Assembly: GCA_001824435.1 (NCBI GenBank)
Contig: MHXH01000017.1
Location: 335-64,334, forward strand
Length of the DNA stretch: 64,000 nt
Direction of reading: 5' to 3'
Source of the DNA: Parcubacteria group bacterium RIFCSPLOWO2_01_FULL_48_18
GTDB lineage: Bacteria; Patescibacteriota; Minisyncoccia; UBA6257; WO2-01-48-18
This document shows, piece after piece, positions 61,941-64,000 of the stretch (position 1 is the first letter of the stretch; the number at the start of each line of letters is the position of its first letter). The notes under the pieces were generated by a model. The model was given only the letters and a program-made list of their open reading frames with translations, was not told the origin of the DNA and did not search any database. The translations under genes were made by a program, and so were the position numbers.

Positions 61941-62573
61941 TTACTTTTTAGGCAATGTGTTCCCTAATTTGTACTTCAGTGACGGTATGACGTACGAACC
62001 AATAAGTTCTGCGAATTTTTTGGCCGAATCGCTATAAATATAAATTCGCCATCTGTCGTATTGCTTATGTAGTCCAATCTCAACGTCAAACTTTTTCTGA
62101 AGCACGTCCTTTATTAACTCAAGATCTTTCTTGCCATATCCGAGTGCATGAATAATGTAGGTTTTATGCTTTTCGGATTTGTAAGATCCATCATCCATAA
62201 ACCATATCGCGAGTGCCAATGGATCGAGCAACTTCGAAATCAATTTCGGAATTCGTTTCTTCCCGCCCTCATAAAACTGCTGGGCGTAAAAACGAAACGC
62301 CCCAAGAGAATATGTAGAAAACCAGTAGCTGTCTTGTGCTCTCTTTCGCATTTTAACTTGCGGAGTTGTACGAACAAGATTCTTAAATTCCTCATACAAC
62401 CAATTTACATATTCTTTTTGTTTCAAGGAATGTTCTACTTTAAGACGGTATGTTCGACTGCGATTGCTTGTTTCCAAATGACCATCGCCTAAAAGCAATC
62501 CAACAAGAATAGATCTCTGTTTTTTATTGAGTTTCAATTTCTTTTTGAAACTTTCAATCTCGTTTGATCTCAT
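61941..62573 (-). CDS. LAGLIDADG homing endonuclease whose last codons lie in the 3' rRNA exon
   Basis: LVGLLLGDG and LAIWFMDDG; stop at 61941-61943 is beyond the 3' splice site at 61953. Confidence 0.93.
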   Translation of the reverse strand: MRSNEIESFKKKLKLNKKQRSILVGLLLGDGHLETSNRSRTYRLKVEHSLKQKEYVNWLYEEFKNLVRTTPQVKMRKRAQDSYWFSTYSLGAFRFYAQQFYEGGKKRIPKLISKLLDPLALAIWFMDDGSYKSEKHKTYIIHALGYGKKDLELIKDVLQKKFDVEIGLHKQYDRWRIYIYSDSAKKFAELIGSYVIPSLKYKLGNTLPKK

Positions 62574-62878
62574 TTCATTAGGTTCGCCGCGCGTATCGCA
62601 CGGCCTGCATATCGCTATGCAGTTCGGACCATATCATACAGCTACCGAAATAGCCGTTCTGGCTTGTGGTCTCTGAGGTGTTCCGGGCACAGAACATGCG
62701 CCACGGTTCCCTGCTGATTGTCCGCCGCTCCGATTTTAATCGGAAACCGCTCCAAGATTTTCACCTTCTCGACTAGAAGGTACTTGAAGACACCACGGAT
62801 GTTCCAGCATATACACCAGATTTTCACCGCCGCTTGGCGGTGTCCCCCTGTAGTTCCACGGAGGTGGAACTACGTTTA
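61953..62878 (-). mobile_element. Group I intron after U2262 (E. coli numbering) with a homing endonuclease downstream of P7
   Basis: Exons rejoin as GGGGCGUUUUCCU|CCUAAAAAGUAAC; IGS AGGGGGA; CUCAGAGACCA / GAUAUGGUCC; omega-G. Confidence 0.9.
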
Positions 62879-63278
62879 AGGAAAACGCCCCATTTAAACT
62901 GCCCACCAGGCACTGTCCAAACTGGGTTTATGGAAAACCAATTCCCAATTCGTTAGAGCTTACAGTTTTAAAGACGGGTGTTTCATTGGCGGCTCCAGTC
63001 CGCCCGAAAGCAGGCCTTCAAAGCCTCCCCGCTACGCTACGCATTAAAACCATAAGACCAATACCAAGCTACAGTAAAGCTTCTAGGGTCTTTTCGTCTT
63101 GCCGCAGGTACCCCGCGTCTTCACGGGGATCGCATTTTCACCGAGCTCCTCGTTGAGACAGTTGCCCAGTCGTTACGCCTTTCGTGCGCTCCGGAACTTA
63201 CCCGGAAAGGAATTGCGCTACCTTAGAACGATTATAGTTATCGCTGACATTGACGAGGGCTTACAACAGTGAGCCGTA

Positions 63279-63437
63279 CACACCTCACTAAAGTTCGGTG
63301 CTCAAATTTCTAAATCCTAACTTCTAATTTCTAAATAAATCCCAGTAACCGAATTCCGAAATTGGGTATTGGAAATTTATTAGAAATTAGGTCAATTAGA
63401 AATTGGTCATTCAAGTATCTCGCCTTAGTGAGATGCA
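63279..63437 (-). other. Hairpin expansion of 23S helix 68 region built from the same heptamer element as 59795-59967
   Basis: Basal stem ctcactaa/ttagtgag; shares aattaggtcaattagaaatt with the other insertion. Confidence 0.75.
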
Positions 63438-64000
63438 TACGACCCCCATCGTTTAACCTTCTCGCATCGGTCAGGCGTCACCCCCTATACATCCTCTTAC
63501 GAGTTAGCAGGGAGCTGTGTTTTTGATAAACAGTCGCCAGGCAAACTTTCGCTGCGTCCCTCGCACCTTGCGGTGCTCGGGAAGGCCTTATCGCTAACTT
63601 ACGGCCGCTTTTTTGCCGAGTTCCTTAACGAGGACTCACTCGTTCTCCTTGGGCTACTCGCCCCGCCCACCAGTGTCGGATTGCGGTACGGAACCAATAC
63701 TATTAACTCTAGAAGTTTTTCTTGGATCGCTCTTCAGCCGGATTGCCCTGGTAAAAACCAAAACTTTCGTCTGCTTTCGGAATTTGCCATAAAAGACAGT
63801 TGAACGGATTTGCCTGTCCAACATTCCTTCAAGCAAACAGCGTCAAACCATTAAGACGCCCGGCCTTATTTCAACCGTCGCTCCATCGAAATAGTATCGG
63901 TGGGACGGAATATTAACCGTCTGTCCATCACCTTCGGCTTTCGCCATCGGCTTAGGACCGCCTCACCCGTGGTTGATTGCCATTGCCACGGAAACCTTGG

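Overview
This is a chromosomal segment of a Patescibacteria (CPR, most likely Parcubacteria) genome using genetic code 11. The taxonomy is inferred from gene content and the intron-rich rRNA. Housekeeping genes include dnaX, an interrupted rpsL-rpsG-fusA operon, uppS, ndk, aspS, split comEC, ychF, zwf/gnd, dnaJ, rpoBC, mltG and rodA. The window ends in the 3' half of a minus-strand 23S rRNA gene, which carries four group I introns (two with LAGLIDADG endonucleases) and two repeat-derived hairpin insertions, followed by 5S rRNA. The most unusual elements are: (1) a ~880-nt unit at 23995-24885 with no credible ORF, a consensus sigma70 promoter, an intrinsic terminator, many long helices and two pseudoknots, i.e. 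a candidate large ncRNA; (2) a group-I-ribozyme-like scaffold in the 23S-5S spacer carrying small coiled-coil ORFs instead of an endonuclease; (3) an intron in the sarcin-ricin loop and one ending in omega-A; (4) PaaX/Cas2-like and TrpR-like genes each bracketed by their own palindromic repeats; (5) tiny palindromic and 7/8-mer repeat elements that nest in one another and insert in frame into DnaX, ROK and CobO, and into the rRNA; (6) a 6S-like RNA, a translin/TRAX-like protein and serial duplicates of the rpsG 3' end. All calls come from reading the sequence by eye; no searches or folding programs were run.
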